A stretch of 41,454 nt of DNA from Desulfosporosinus sp. Its GTDB lineage: Bacteria; Bacillota; Desulfitobacteriia; Desulfitobacteriales; Desulfitobacteriaceae. Of this stretch, positions 19,523-27,665 are shown one piece after another. The stretch lies in NCBI GenBank assembly GCA_027353165.1, contig DAIEHY010000002.1, positions 1 to 41,454 on the forward strand. The letters are read 5' to 3'. The position numbers and the translations under genes were made by a program. How positions within the stretch are numbered: position 1 is the stretch's first letter; the number at the start of each line of letters is the position of its first letter. Under the pieces are notes generated by a model, which was not told the origin of the DNA, searched no databases, and saw nothing but the letters and a program-made list of their open reading frames with translations.

Positions 19523-21733
19523 TTATCTTCCTCCCGAATGAATCCGCTTAACCTCCGTAATGTCTTTAACCTTACGGATTTTATGCATGACTGTTTTTAG
19601 TTGTTCAAGATTACGGATTTCAATACGCAACTGAATATGTGCTATATTATCCTTCCCAACTCGGGCGTTAATCCCAAGAATATGCGTGCGAGTATCTAAA
19701 ACTGTATTCATGACCTCGGTAACCAAACGCGGCTTATCCATTCCGTAGATTTGAATATCGACAGGATAGGTGGAATCAACTTGTTCTGCCCATACGACTT
19801 CCACAACCCGCTCACTTTCTTCTTGAGAATGACTGAGGACATTACTACAATCTCCACGATGAATAGATACCCCTCGGCCACGGGTAATGTACCCAATTAT
19901 AGTATCCCCTGGAAGTGGATTACAGCACTGTGCAAAACGAATCAACACATTGTCAATGCCCTTAACCCTTACACCGTGAGAGGCTTTGCCGTAGGAAGTC
20001 TGGGCAAGTGTTTTTCCCTCACTCTGCTGAAGTGACGCAAGCTGCAACTTTTCACGTTCTTCTTTGGAGAGATCCTCACGCAAGCGCATTAATACTTTGT
20101 TGGTGGTTAGGACACCATCCCCGATAGCGGCATAGATATCATCTAAACCCATAAGATTTTGACTCTTACCGATTGCAAGTAGGCTTTCTGGCCTGAGAAT
20201 AATCGGATCAAGTCCAAGTTTACGGACCTCCCGTTCCAAATTTTCACGTCCGCGGACAATATTATCCTCTCTTTGCTCTTTCTTAAACCATTGACGAATC
20301 CTATTCTTAGCCTGAGACGTTTTAACAAAAGCTAACCAATCTCGACTTGGAGCACCTCCTTGCTTCGAAGTAAGAATCTCAAGAATATCGCCATTACTGA
20401 GTTTAGTTTCCAGAGGAACAATTCGTCCATTAATCTTGGCACCGATACACCGATGTCCTACATCCGTATGAACCCGGTAAGCAAAATCGACCGGACACGA
20501 ATCCGCAGGGAGCTCAACCACATCCCCTTTAGGGGTAAAAACGAAAACCGTGTCTGTAAATAGGTCAATTTTCAAAGATTCCATAAATTCGCCGGCATCC
20601 CGGGAATCATGTTGCCACTCGAGCAATTGCCGCAACCAAGAAAGCTTTTGCTCAAAGTTCACACTCGCGGTCTTATTACTTCCATCTTTGTTATTTTCCT
20701 TATTGCCTTCCTTGTACTTCCAATGTGCGGCAATCCCATATTCTGAAGTACGATGCATTTCGCAAGTCCGAATCTGAATTTCAAAAGGCTCTCCATGAAC
20801 TCCGATTAACGTAGTATGCAGTGACTGATACATGTTTGGTTTGGGCATCGCTATATAGTCTTTAAATCGACCCGGTATAGGCTTCCATAAGGTATGGATG
20901 ATACCCAGTGCCCCATAACAATCATTGACCGATTCTACAACCACACGAATCGCCATTAAATCGTAAATCTCACTCAGTTCTTTATGTTGGGTCGTCATTT
21001 TACGATAGATACTGTAAAAATGCTTTGGACGTCCAGCAATATCCGCATAAATGTCGACTTCTCTTAACCGTTCACGCATTATTATTATAACTTCGTTAAT
21101 ATAGGCTTCCCGTTCCCGTCGTTTAAGAGCAATTCCTTCCACTAAATCATAGTATTCTTGAGGTTTCAAATATCGAAAGGATAGATCTTCTAACTCCCAT
21201 TTAATCCGAAAAATCCCTAGGCGGTTAGCCAAAGGTGCAAAGATTTCCAGTGTTTCTTGAGCAATCTCTTTTTGTTTCTCAATAGAATGATATTTTAATG
21301 TACGCATGTTATGGAGCCGATCAGCTAGCTTAATAAGAATTACACGAATATCCTTGGCCATTGCCAAAAACATTTTGCGAAGGTTCTCGACTTGTTGCTC
21401 CACTTTACTCTTGTACTCAATTCGTCCAAGCTTGGTTACTCCATCAACAAGCAATGCAATTTCCGCACCAAATTCCTTCTCAATATCTCCAAGAGTTAAT
21501 GAAGTATCTTCTACGACGTCATGCAGCAGGGCAGCCGCAATGGTTGCCTCATCCATTTCCAGTTCGACCAAAATCTGCGCGACTTCCAAAGGGTGCTGAA
21601 TATAATCTTCCCCAGAATTGCGAAGTTGCCCACGATGTGCTTTCTCAGCAAATTGATAGGCTTTCTCCACAATAGCTAAACGGGCCTGTGGGGATTTCTT
21701 GTGCAAAATTGCCATTAGCTCCGCGAAGGACAT
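19523..21733 (-). CDS. relA: Bifunctional (p)ppGpp synthetase/hydrolase Rel
   Basis: HD domain [39 protein letters not shown] region [19 protein letters not shown] domain. Confidence 0.98.
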   Translation of the reverse strand: MSFAELMAILHKKSPQARLAIVEKAYQFAEKAHRGQLRNSGEDYIQHPLEVAQILVELEMDEATIAAALLHDVVEDTSLTLGDIEKEFGAEIALLVDGVTKLGRIEYKSKVEQQVENLRKMFLAMAKDIRVILIKLADRLHNMRTLKYHSIEKQKEIAQETLEIFAPLANRLGIFRIKWELEDLSFRYLKPQEYYDLVEGIALKRREREAYINEVIIIMRERLREVDIYADIAGRPKHFYSIYRKMTTQHKELSEIYDLMAIRVVVESVNDCYGALGIIHTLWKPIPGRFKDYIAMPKPNMYQSLHTTLIGVHGEPFEIQIRTCEMHRTSEYGIAAHWKYKEGNKENNKDGSNKTASVNFEQKLSWLRQLLEWQHDSRDAGEFMESLKIDLFTDTVFVFTPKGDVVELPADSCPVDFAYRVHTDVGHRCIGAKINGRIVPLETKLSNGDILEILTSKQGGAPSRDWLAFVKTSQAKNRIRQWFKKEQREDNIVRGRENLEREVRKLGLDPIILRPESLLAIGKSQNLMGLDDIYAAIGDGVLTTNKVLMRLREDLSKEEREKLQLASLQQSEGKTLAQTSYGKASHGVRVKGIDNVLIRFAQCCNPLPGDTIIGYITRGRGVSIHRGDCSNVLSHSQEESERVVEVVWAEQVDSTYPVDIQIYGMDKPRLVTEVMNTVLDTRTHILGINARVGKDNIAHIQLRIEIRNLEQLKTVMHKIRKVKDITEVKRIHSGGR

Positions 21734-21790
21734 TGGCGAACTCCTCTCATCCGATATTGATTAGGCATGATTATCCTATTCCCGTTTTAA

Positions 21791-22303
21791 TTAATATTCA
21801 ACCAACGAGAAAACAGGATACTCTATAAGCTTATCCCGGCCCTTTAAGAACCCTAATTCAATCAAAAATCCCATACCCAGAACGTCTGCTCCAATTTTCT
21901 TCATTAAATTTGCAGTGGCCAGCATTGTTCCACCCGTTGCTAAGAGATCGTCAACGATTACGACCCGTTCTTTAGGATGAATAGCATCAGCGTGGACTTC
22001 TAAGGTATCAAATCCATATTCTAGAGCATAGGTTTCAGCAATAGTTTTTGCCGGTAACTTGCCAGGTTTGCGAACAGGTACAAAACCGATTCCCAAAGCA
22101 TAAGCAACCGGAGCTCCAAATAAAAAGCCACGTGCCTCTGGTCCAACGATTATGTCAGGCTGCCACGGTTTAATTTGTTCGACAAGGGCGTCTATTGCTA
22201 AACGGTAGATCTCACCGTTTTTAAGCAAGGTAGTAACATCCTTATAGGATATCCCTTCCTTAGGGAAGTCAGCAATTACGCGAATATGATCTCTAAAGTC
22301 CAT
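21791..22303 (-). CDS. apt: Adenine phosphoribosyltransferase
   Basis: [39 protein letters not shown]. Confidence 0.98.
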   Translation of the reverse strand: MDFRDHIRVIADFPKEGISYKDVTTLLKNGEIYRLAIDALVEQIKPWQPDIIVGPEARGFLFGAPVAYALGIGFVPVRKPGKLPAKTIAETYALEYGFDTLEVHADAIHPKERVVIVDDLLATGGTMLATANLMKKIGADVLGMGFLIELGFLKGRDKLIEYPVFSLVEY

Positions 22304-22318
22304 GAGTTACTCCGCCTT

Positions 22319-24739
22319 TCAATTATAACTATTCCAATCAACACTTTCTAATAAATTGTGCTGGAACTTTAAAGCCCTTGCAACGTGCTCCTTGGCAAAC
22401 CGATAACGCAAAGAAGTGTCAAGATCCAACTTACTCTGTGCGGGAATCCACTCTAAGGCGATCTTGTCAGTCCCCCCTAGACAGCGGAGTAAACCCAGCT
22501 CTTCAAAAATCTTAAGGGCAAGTTTTCCATTTTGTAAGACTTGAGCATCAAATTCCCAATGGAAGGGGTTCCCTAGCTTCGATTTGGCAAGGAGAGCCCG
22601 ATAGAGCCTAATCAGTTCTTCACGCTCTAGGCAATTACATCGCTGACGAACCCTTTCCTCATCAGGACTTTGAAATCCTGCAAGTGCAATCCGAAAGATG
22701 CCTAATTTTCGAAGTTTTTCGACCCCTTCTTTAAAATCCTCTTCAGTAAGTGGGAGGCCAAGAATCACGCCCAGACTCTCCCCCTGAATTTTTCTCTCTT
22801 CTTGATCCACTTCCGAGACTGCCACTTCTTCCAGCGGGCGTTTGCTCTTCCCTTTTCTAAGAGTCGGCGCGCTCCCGTTCGTATCCCAAATCCATAAGGT
22901 GTTAATATCAGGCATAGGCCACTCTTCGGGATGTAAGTTACGCCAGTCCAACCATTCCACCATCGGTTGATCATAAGCAACAGCAATTTCCTGAAAGGGG
23001 TTTTGGGCATCATAGTCTAGCACTGTGGAACTGTCACTCCACTCCGCTTCGGTTTGGATATCCTTGATCATTAATTGGACCTCTTCCCGTCCCCGAAAGG
23101 TATTCCAATCTAAGCTAAACGCGGCATCTAAATTTAGTTTACCACTGAGTTCTCCAATACGCTCACCCAATCGGAAGGCAATCCCTTCTTGCTTTCCCTG
23201 ATATCCAAAACGAAATTTTATATGACTCCCTTCTTTGCCAACAGGGCTGACGGAATGCACAGGAATTCCTTTACTGGCTAGAGTCGGCCCAGGATTTCCA
23301 AAGCCGAAGGGAGCCATCTGGTCAAGTTGACGGAGTAAATCCGCTGAAACTTCCTCGAGAGAAACTTGTCGGTCAATTTTCAAGACTTCTTGAAAGAGAG
23401 AATCCTCAAAAGCCAAGGCCTGTTCATTTAAACCCGCTCTGAAACATTCGATATCTTCTGTATGAAGAGAAAAACCTGCAGCCTGTCTATGCCCACCGAA
23501 TTTTATTAACAGATGGGCTTGAGTACCCAGTTGTTCTAAGACCGGATAACCCGCTATCCCACGGGCAGAGCCCTTGGCTTCATCACCTTCTTCCGCTATC
23601 ATAAAAACCGGACGATAGTAGCGTTCCACCAAGCGAGATGCCACAATCCCAATTACCCCATGGTGCCAATGGCTTGCTGATAAAACAATGACCCTGGGGA
23701 GGGGTTCACACTCTAATAGAGCAATTGCCTCAGCCAAAATCTCTTTCTCAACCTCTTGACGGGTTTGGTTTTCCAGAGTTAATTGATGAGCAAGCTCACT
23801 CGCTCGTTCCTGATCCCCGGTTAAGAGCAGTTCCAGTCCTGCTCGTGCACTGTCCATTCGTCCGGCGGCATTAATCCTTGGGGCAACCATAAAACCAATT
23901 TGACCTGCTTTAAGAGGTTTATCCCTCAGTCCACACTCGTCGAGCAGAGCTAATAATCCCAAGTGATGGGATTCTTCCATCTGACGAAGGCCAAACTGGA
24001 CAAAAATTCGGTTTTCCTCAACGAGTGGTACTAAATCCGCAATCGTCCCTAAAGCCACTAAATCTAAGAGTTGGATTTCAGTATGTATGCCCACTTCCTG
24101 ATTTCCGAACGAAGACAGCAATGCTTGGGCTAACTTGAACGCCACTCCTACTCCGGCTAAATCTCGAAATCCGTACCCTGAATTCTCCACTTTAGGATTT
24201 AAAATCGCATAGGCTTCCGGTAAACGTTCAAGTGGTTCATGATGATCAGTAAGGATAACATCGATATTCAAGGTTTCGGCAAGTTTTACTTCCGAAATTG
24301 CTGTGATTCCGCAATCGACCGTTATTAAAACACTTACCCCTGCCTCTGCAGCCCGTTGAATAGCTTCAGAATGTAATCCATATCCCTCGTCTTGCCGATG
24401 GGGAATATAGGCTACTGCTTGAAAACCTAAATCAGTTAGGACTTTATATAATAACGTAGTACTTGTTACTCCATCAACATCGTAATCTCCATAAATAAGA
24501 ATTTTTTCTTTTTTTTCAAGGGCTAATGACAAACGATGAATAGTAGGCTTCATATCCTTAAAACAAAATGGGGAAAAAAGATTCAAGAGTGTCGGTCGCA
24601 AAAATTCGATGGTTTCTTTTGGTTCTTGAAAACCCCTAAGGGCTAAAATATCCATGACTACAGGAGAAAGGCCTAAGGAATCGCCAAGAATTTCTGACAT
24701 TCGTCCGGAAGATTGTTGCATGGACCATATTCGTTTCAT
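22319..24739 (-). CDS. recJ: ssDNA-specific exonuclease RecJ
   Basis: YGDYDVDG, EGYGL, ITVDCG, TDHH, LGTIAD, PRINAAGR, GSAR, GGH..AAG, PFGFGNP. Confidence 0.97.
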   Translation of the reverse strand: MKRIWSMQQSSGRMSEILGDSLGLSPVVMDILALRGFQEPKETIEFLRPTLLNLFSPFCFKDMKPTIHRLSLALEKKEKILIYGDYDVDGVTSTTLLYKVLTDLGFQAVAYIPHRQDEGYGLHSEAIQRAAEAGVSVLITVDCGITAISEVKLAETLNIDVILTDHHEPLERLPEAYAILNPKVENSGYGFRDLAGVGVAFKLAQALLSSFGNQEVGIHTEIQLLDLVALGTIADLVPLVEENRIFVQFGLRQMEESHHLGLLALLDECGLRDKPLKAGQIGFMVAPRINAAGRMDSARAGLELLLTGDQERASELAHQLTLENQTRQEVEKEILAEAIALLECEPLPRVIVLSASHWHHGVIGIVASRLVERYYRPVFMIAEEGDEAKGSARGIAGYPVLEQLGTQAHLLIKFGGHRQAAGFSLHTEDIECFRAGLNEQALAFEDSLFQEVLKIDRQVSLEEVSADLLRQLDQMAPFGFGNPGPTLASKGIPVHSVSPVGKEGSHIKFRFGYQGKQEGIAFRLGERIGELSGKLNLDAAFSLDWNTFRGREEVQLMIKDIQTEAEWSDSSTVLDYDAQNPFQEIAVAYDQPMVEWLDWRNLHPEEWPMPDINTLWIWDTNGSAPTLRKGKSKRPLEEVAVSEVDQEERKIQGESLGVILGLPLTEEDFKEGVEKLRKLGIFRIALAGFQSPDEERVRQRCNCLEREELIRLYRALLAKSKLGNPFHWEFDAQVLQNGKLALKIFEELGLLRCLGGTDKIALEWIPAQSKLDLDTSLRYRFAKEHVARALKFQHNLLESVDWNSYN

Positions 24740-24822
24740 TTATATTCCCCCAGACCCTCATTATAAAACACTGTCCAAACAGCAGCAACTATACTAGTAG
24801 TTGGATGTTAGATGTCGAAAGA

Positions 24823-25800
24823 TTATAGTTTTCTGACTACTGGACCGGCCTCTGACCCTTCTGTTTGACAGCGTTGGCAGGATGATGTTACGCCTTGCTC
24901 GACAGGACATTCGACCTCTCTGCTACTACATGGTTCTGCATGTATCAGGACAAATGTTTGATGTAACCTCTCATTAATTTCCTGCTCTATCCTGTCACAA
25001 AGTTCATGGGCATCAACGACTGAGGTGTATTTAGGAACCACCAAATGCAAATCAACATGTCTTTCCGCTCCAGCCCTCCTTGTACGAAGTTTGTGAAATT
25101 CCACAAATTCATCCGCATGAAATAAAAGGACTTCGGCGATAATCTCACGTTCTTCATCTGGTAAACTGACGTCAACCAGAGGTGAAAATGCTTTCTTCGT
25201 CAAGTCAAAGGATGCTCTGATAATCATCATAGCAACCCCCAGCGCTATGATCGGGTCTAGGATTGTCCACCCCGTAAATTTAATCAAGAGTATCCCTATA
25301 AAAACTCCGACTGAGGTATAAACATCCGTCCTTAAATGCATAGCATCCGCTTCGAGTGCTACTGAATCCGTCTGCTTGGCTACCTTCATAAGTCGTGTTG
25401 AGACGATCAAATTAATAAGTGCAGAAACACCCATAACCAGTAAACCTAAACTAAGACCAAAATCCGAGACGTGTCCTCCTTCTCCATAAATAATATCCAT
25501 AACTTTCTGAAACGCTTCCACGATAATCATCAGAGCAGCCACAAATATTAAAGCAGCTTCAATTGTACCCGAAACATTCTCAATTTTTCCATGTCCATAG
25601 GCATGACCTGAGTCTGCAGGTTTCCCCGATTCCCTGACTGCAAAAAGCGCAATAAAAGCCGCCACTAGGTCAATGCCAGAATGGATTCCCTCTGACAGTA
25701 TACTTACCGAGCCGCTACTTAACCCGATCACAATTTTACTAAACGTTAAGAAACTATTTGATGCGACAGATAATGAAGCCACCTGTGTCTTCTCATCCAC
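24823..25800 (-). CDS. Cation diffusion facilitator (CzcD/FieF-type metal exporter)
   Basis: SEGIHSGID, PADSGHAYGHGKIE, ADAMHLRTD, C-terminal domain HVDLH...IHAEP, Cys-rich tail. True start is GTG 25800 with AAGGAG RBS; the ORF-track extension runs through the leader RNA. Confidence 0.93.
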   Translation of the reverse strand: MDEKTQVASLSVASNSFLTFSKIVIGLSSGSVSILSEGIHSGIDLVAAFIALFAVRESGKPADSGHAYGHGKIENVSGTIEAALIFVAALMIIVEAFQKVMDIIYGEGGHVSDFGLSLGLLVMGVSALINLIVSTRLMKVAKQTDSVALEADAMHLRTDVYTSVGVFIGILLIKFTGWTILDPIIALGVAMMIIRASFDLTKKAFSPLVDVSLPDEEREIIAEVLLFHADEFVEFHKLRTRRAGAERHVDLHLVVPKYTSVVDAHELCDRIEQEINERLHQTFVLIHAEPCSSREVECPVEQGVTSSCQRCQTEGSEAGPVVRKL

Positions 25801-25850
25801 GTCAATACTCTCCTTCGCTAAAATACTACTGATTAGATTATGGCAACACA

Positions 25851-25882
25851 TAAAAATAGGACTCCTTATATCAAGGAAGTCC
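25851..25882 (-). terminator. Riboswitch expression-platform terminator upstream of the CDF gene
   Basis: GGACUUCCUU-GAUAU-AAGGAGUCC followed by UAUUUUUAU; its 5' arm overlaps the aptamer's 3' GGGAC. Confidence 0.75.
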
Positions 25883-25932
25883 CGCGGATCCTCCGCTGCC
25901 TCAAAACATGAAGCCCAGCTATTGCCTGACAT
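25877..25932 (-). ncRNA. NiCo (czcD)-like metal-sensing riboswitch
   Basis: GUCAGGC-AAUA-GCUGGGC-UUCAUGUUUUGA-GGCAGCGG-AGGAU-CCGCGGGAC has the czcD junction motifs CAGGC / GCYGGGC / GGCARC / GYGGGAC in order, upstream of a CDF exporter and overlapping a terminator. Confidence 0.78.
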
Positions 25933-25965
25933 AGATAGTCTATGTATAAGATATCAAAAATGCAA
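25929..25965 (-). promoter_or_regulatory. Sigma-A promoter of the CDF gene with overlapping palindromic operator
   Basis: TTGCAT-17-TAGACT; the perfect inverted repeat ACATAGA-N3-TCTATGT (25929-25945) covers the -10 and start site. Confidence 0.55.
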
Positions 25966-25989
25966 CTCTAAAGCAAGACTAATTCTGGA

Positions 25990-26436
25990 TTATATTGTTA
26001 AGAAGTTTCCGTAGAAGATAAATACTGCTCCGAGAAACAAGCGCATAATCGTAATAGAAAAACTTCTTATAACCTGACTCTTCTTATCTTTAGGGATAAA
26101 CCCTGTCCCAACCACTAGGACCCAAGTAATTATAGCCGCAAGTGGAGTAAGAAAAGCACCAAAGAAGACTAAACTGACCACACCTCCGACCAGTCCGTTC
26201 ACTGTCTTACCTTCGTTGGCTATTCTTCCAAGGATGAGTAGAGATATTATTCCAACCGTTCCTCCAATGAGCAGGGGTATTTGCCATTGCCAAAACTGTG
26301 CCCCTTCATTAAAACGATAATTGAATCCACTTAAGACTATTGTGGCTAAAACTGTTCCCCATATCCCGCCAAAGAAAATGATTCCTGCGAAAAAAATAAG
26401 TACCCCTTCAAATAATATTAGTTCAATAAATCCCAC
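25990..26436 (-). CDS. Hypothetical multi-pass membrane protein
   Basis: About five Gly-rich hydrophobic segments; GTG start at 26436 preceded by GGAGG. Confidence 0.72.
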   Translation of the reverse strand: MGFIELILFEGVLIFFAGIIFFGGIWGTVLATIVLSGFNYRFNEGAQFWQWQIPLLIGGTVGIISLLILGRIANEGKTVNGLVGGVVSLVFFGAFLTPLAAIITWVLVVGTGFIPKDKKSQVIRSFSITIMRLFLGAVFIFYGNFLTI

Positions 26437-26534
26437 AAACCTCCCTCCCCCTCTTCGCTTGTGGTAGTATAACCTAATCACCAGCAACCTAATCACGCTC
26501 TTACATCACACATTTTATCAACGTAATACTTGGA

Positions 26535-26561
26535 ACTTTTTTCCAATTAATTTCATATTCT
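26535..26561 (+). promoter_or_regulatory. Sigma-K-like promoter for the Trp-rich peptide
   Basis: ACt-N16-CATATTCT, against the consensus ACm-N16-CATAnnnT. Confidence 0.45.
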
Positions 26562-26615
26562 GTATTAGCAATAGCTACTAATAAACCAAATTGTGAATAG
26601 AAGGAGGTTTTCTCT

Positions 26616-26705
26616 ATGTGGTGGGGTCGCTGGGGCTGGGGTGGTTTCCCTTGGTGGGGCTTTGGATTTGGTCCATGGTGGGGCTTTCGTCGTTGGTGGT
26701 GGTAA
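26616..26705 (+). CDS. 29-aa Trp/Gly-rich peptide MWWGRWGWGGFPWWGFGFGPWWGFRRWWW
   Basis: Perfect AAGGAGG RBS 8 nt upstream of ATG 26616; TAA at 26703-26705; 11 Trp and 8 Gly; below the ORF-track size cutoff. Confidence 0.8.
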   Translation: MWWGRWGWGGFPWWGFGFGPWWGFRRWWW

Positions 26706-26797
26706 GTGTCACTAGACCGTAAAAACCAAATTCGTTGGATGTCATAGTATAATCTCTATTCTTATAACTTGTAATAATTTTAGAATCGGTAATTAGA

Positions 26798-26832
26798 GGA
26801 TCGCTGTTCAACGTGTCAGTGATCCTTAGTTT
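26798..26832 (+). terminator. Hairpin, candidate terminator of the Trp-rich peptide gene
   Basis: GGATCGCTG-N10-CAGTGATCC followed by TTAGTTTT. Confidence 0.45.
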
Positions 26833-26899
26833 TATAAGACTCATGAAAATAGGATAATTATCCGCTAAGGGGCTCAAACCCATGAAATTTCAATACCAA

Positions 26900-26926
26900 T
26901 AGAGGACCCTAAATAAGGGTCCTCTA
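26900..26926. terminator. Terminator hairpin ending the microprotein array
   Basis: Perfect 11-bp stem TAGAGGACCCT-AAATA-AGGGTCCTCTA, 20 nt past the last array stop codon. Confidence 0.7.
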
Positions 26927-26946
26927 CAAATTCGATTAGAGATGGT

Positions 26947-27042
26947 TTAAAAGATAACCCCTAAGGCGATCAGAATTAAGATTGCAATTGCAATGATCCC
27001 AGCTCCTGCAAATCCACCAACGCCAGCTCCATACCCGTACAT
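26947..27042 (-). CDS. Microprotein B' (31 aa) MYGYGAGVGGFAGAGIIAIAILILIALGVIF, YjcZ/SscA-like
   Basis: GGAGGTG RBS; Gly-rich head and single C-terminal TM helix; paralogous to 27199-27345. Confidence 0.85.
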   Translation of the reverse strand: MYGYGAGVGGFAGAGIIAIAILILIALGVIF

Positions 27043-27081
27043 AAACTCACCTCCGCGTGTATTCACTTCACTTATTAGTTT

Positions 27082-27171
27082 TTAGAATACGATTCCCATG
27101 GCAATAAGCAAAAGAATAATCACGACAACGATTGCGATTCCAGCGCCAATTCCAGCTCCACCTGCAAACAT
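27082..27171 (-). CDS. Microprotein A' (29 aa) MFAGGAGIGAGIAIVVVIILLLIAMGIVF, YjcZ/SscA-like
   Basis: GAGGAGG RBS; paralogous to 27388-27519, with synonymous codon differences. Confidence 0.85.
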   Translation of the reverse strand: MFAGGAGIGAGIAIVVVIILLLIAMGIVF

Positions 27172-27198
27172 AGTTTTAACCTCCTCAAAATTTATTGT

Positions 27199-27345
27199 TT
27201 AGAAAATTACTCCTAAAGCAATTAAGATCAAAATAGCAATAGCAATGATCCCAACACCTACGCCAACTCCGACGGGTGCAACGACAGGTGCAGGTGCGCA
27301 ACAACCCACGCCGTATCCTGGACGAGAAGCTCCATATCCGTACAT
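27199..27345 (-). CDS. Microprotein B (48 aa) MYGYGASRPGYGVGCCAPAPVVAPVGVGVGVGIIAIAILILIALGVIF
   Basis: AAGGAGG RBS; same MYGYGA start and identical 17-aa C-terminus as B'. Confidence 0.85.
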   Translation of the reverse strand: MYGYGASRPGYGVGCCAPAPVVAPVGVGVGVGIIAIAILILIALGVIF

Positions 27346-27387
27346 GATTTACCCTCCTTTATTTTCCTATTGCTTAGATTAATAGAC

Positions 27388-27519
27388 TTAAAATACAATG
27401 CCCATGGCAATTAATAAGAGAATTATCACTACAACAACTGCAATTCCTGGTAAAAAGTTCGGTCCACATCCACATGCAGCACCATCTACACCATCAACGA
27501 CGCCTGCCCCGAAAGCCAT
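27388..27519 (-). CDS. Microprotein A (43 aa) MAFGAGVVDGVDGAACGCGPNFLPGIAVVVVIILLLIAMGIVF
   Basis: GAGGAGG RBS before ATG 27519 (the ORF track over-extends it to 27585); single TM at the C-terminus. Confidence 0.85.
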   Translation of the reverse strand: MAFGAGVVDGVDGAACGCGPNFLPGIAVVVVIILLLIAMGIVF

Positions 27520-27568
27520 ATCGAACAACCTCCTCTTTCCATAATCTGGGTTTTTATTGGGCTCACAG

Positions 27569-27596
27569 TAAGATATGTCAATCAAAGTTCAAGTGT
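27569..27596 (-). promoter_or_regulatory. Sigma-K-type promoter of the microprotein array
   Basis: ACA-N16-CATATCTTA matches ACm-N16-CATAnnnTA. Confidence 0.62.
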
Positions 27597-27630
27597 TAAC
27601 ATTTTCCAGTTTCTCTTCATGTCCTATCAG

Positions 27631-27661
27631 AAAAAAAATACCGTCCGAGAACGGTATTTTT
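27631..27661 (-). terminator. Terminator after the polysaccharide deacetylase gene
   Basis: AAAAATACCGT-CCGAGA-ACGGTATTTTT with a long U tail on the minus strand. Confidence 0.8.
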
Positions 27662-27665
27662 AATA

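Noticed and set aside
22319-23050. Long RecJ C-terminal extension as a novel fusion
   Set aside because: Firmicute RecJ proteins commonly have such a C-terminal domain.
25801-26014. CDF N-terminal extension and + strand ORF 25673-26014
   Set aside because: The region is leader RNA and promoter; the RBS supports GTG 25800, and the + ORF is antisense with no recognisable features.
26616-26705. Trp attenuator leader peptide interpretation
   Set aside because: No downstream same-strand gene to regulate, and no trp genes in the window.
26614-26883. 89-aa minus-strand ORF in the track
   Set aside because: No RBS; its Pro/Thr-rich end is the antisense shadow of the Trp/Gly peptide, which has a perfect RBS.
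26940-27430. CRISPR-like or non-coding repeat array
   Set aside because: The repeats are degenerate at third codon positions and are explained by paralogous coding sequences; no cas genes.
26947-27519. RiPP/bacteriocin precursor cluster or type I toxin array
   Set aside because: No modifying enzyme, peptidase-transporter or conserved leader nearby; no charged C-terminal tail or visible antisense RNA units. Not formally excluded.
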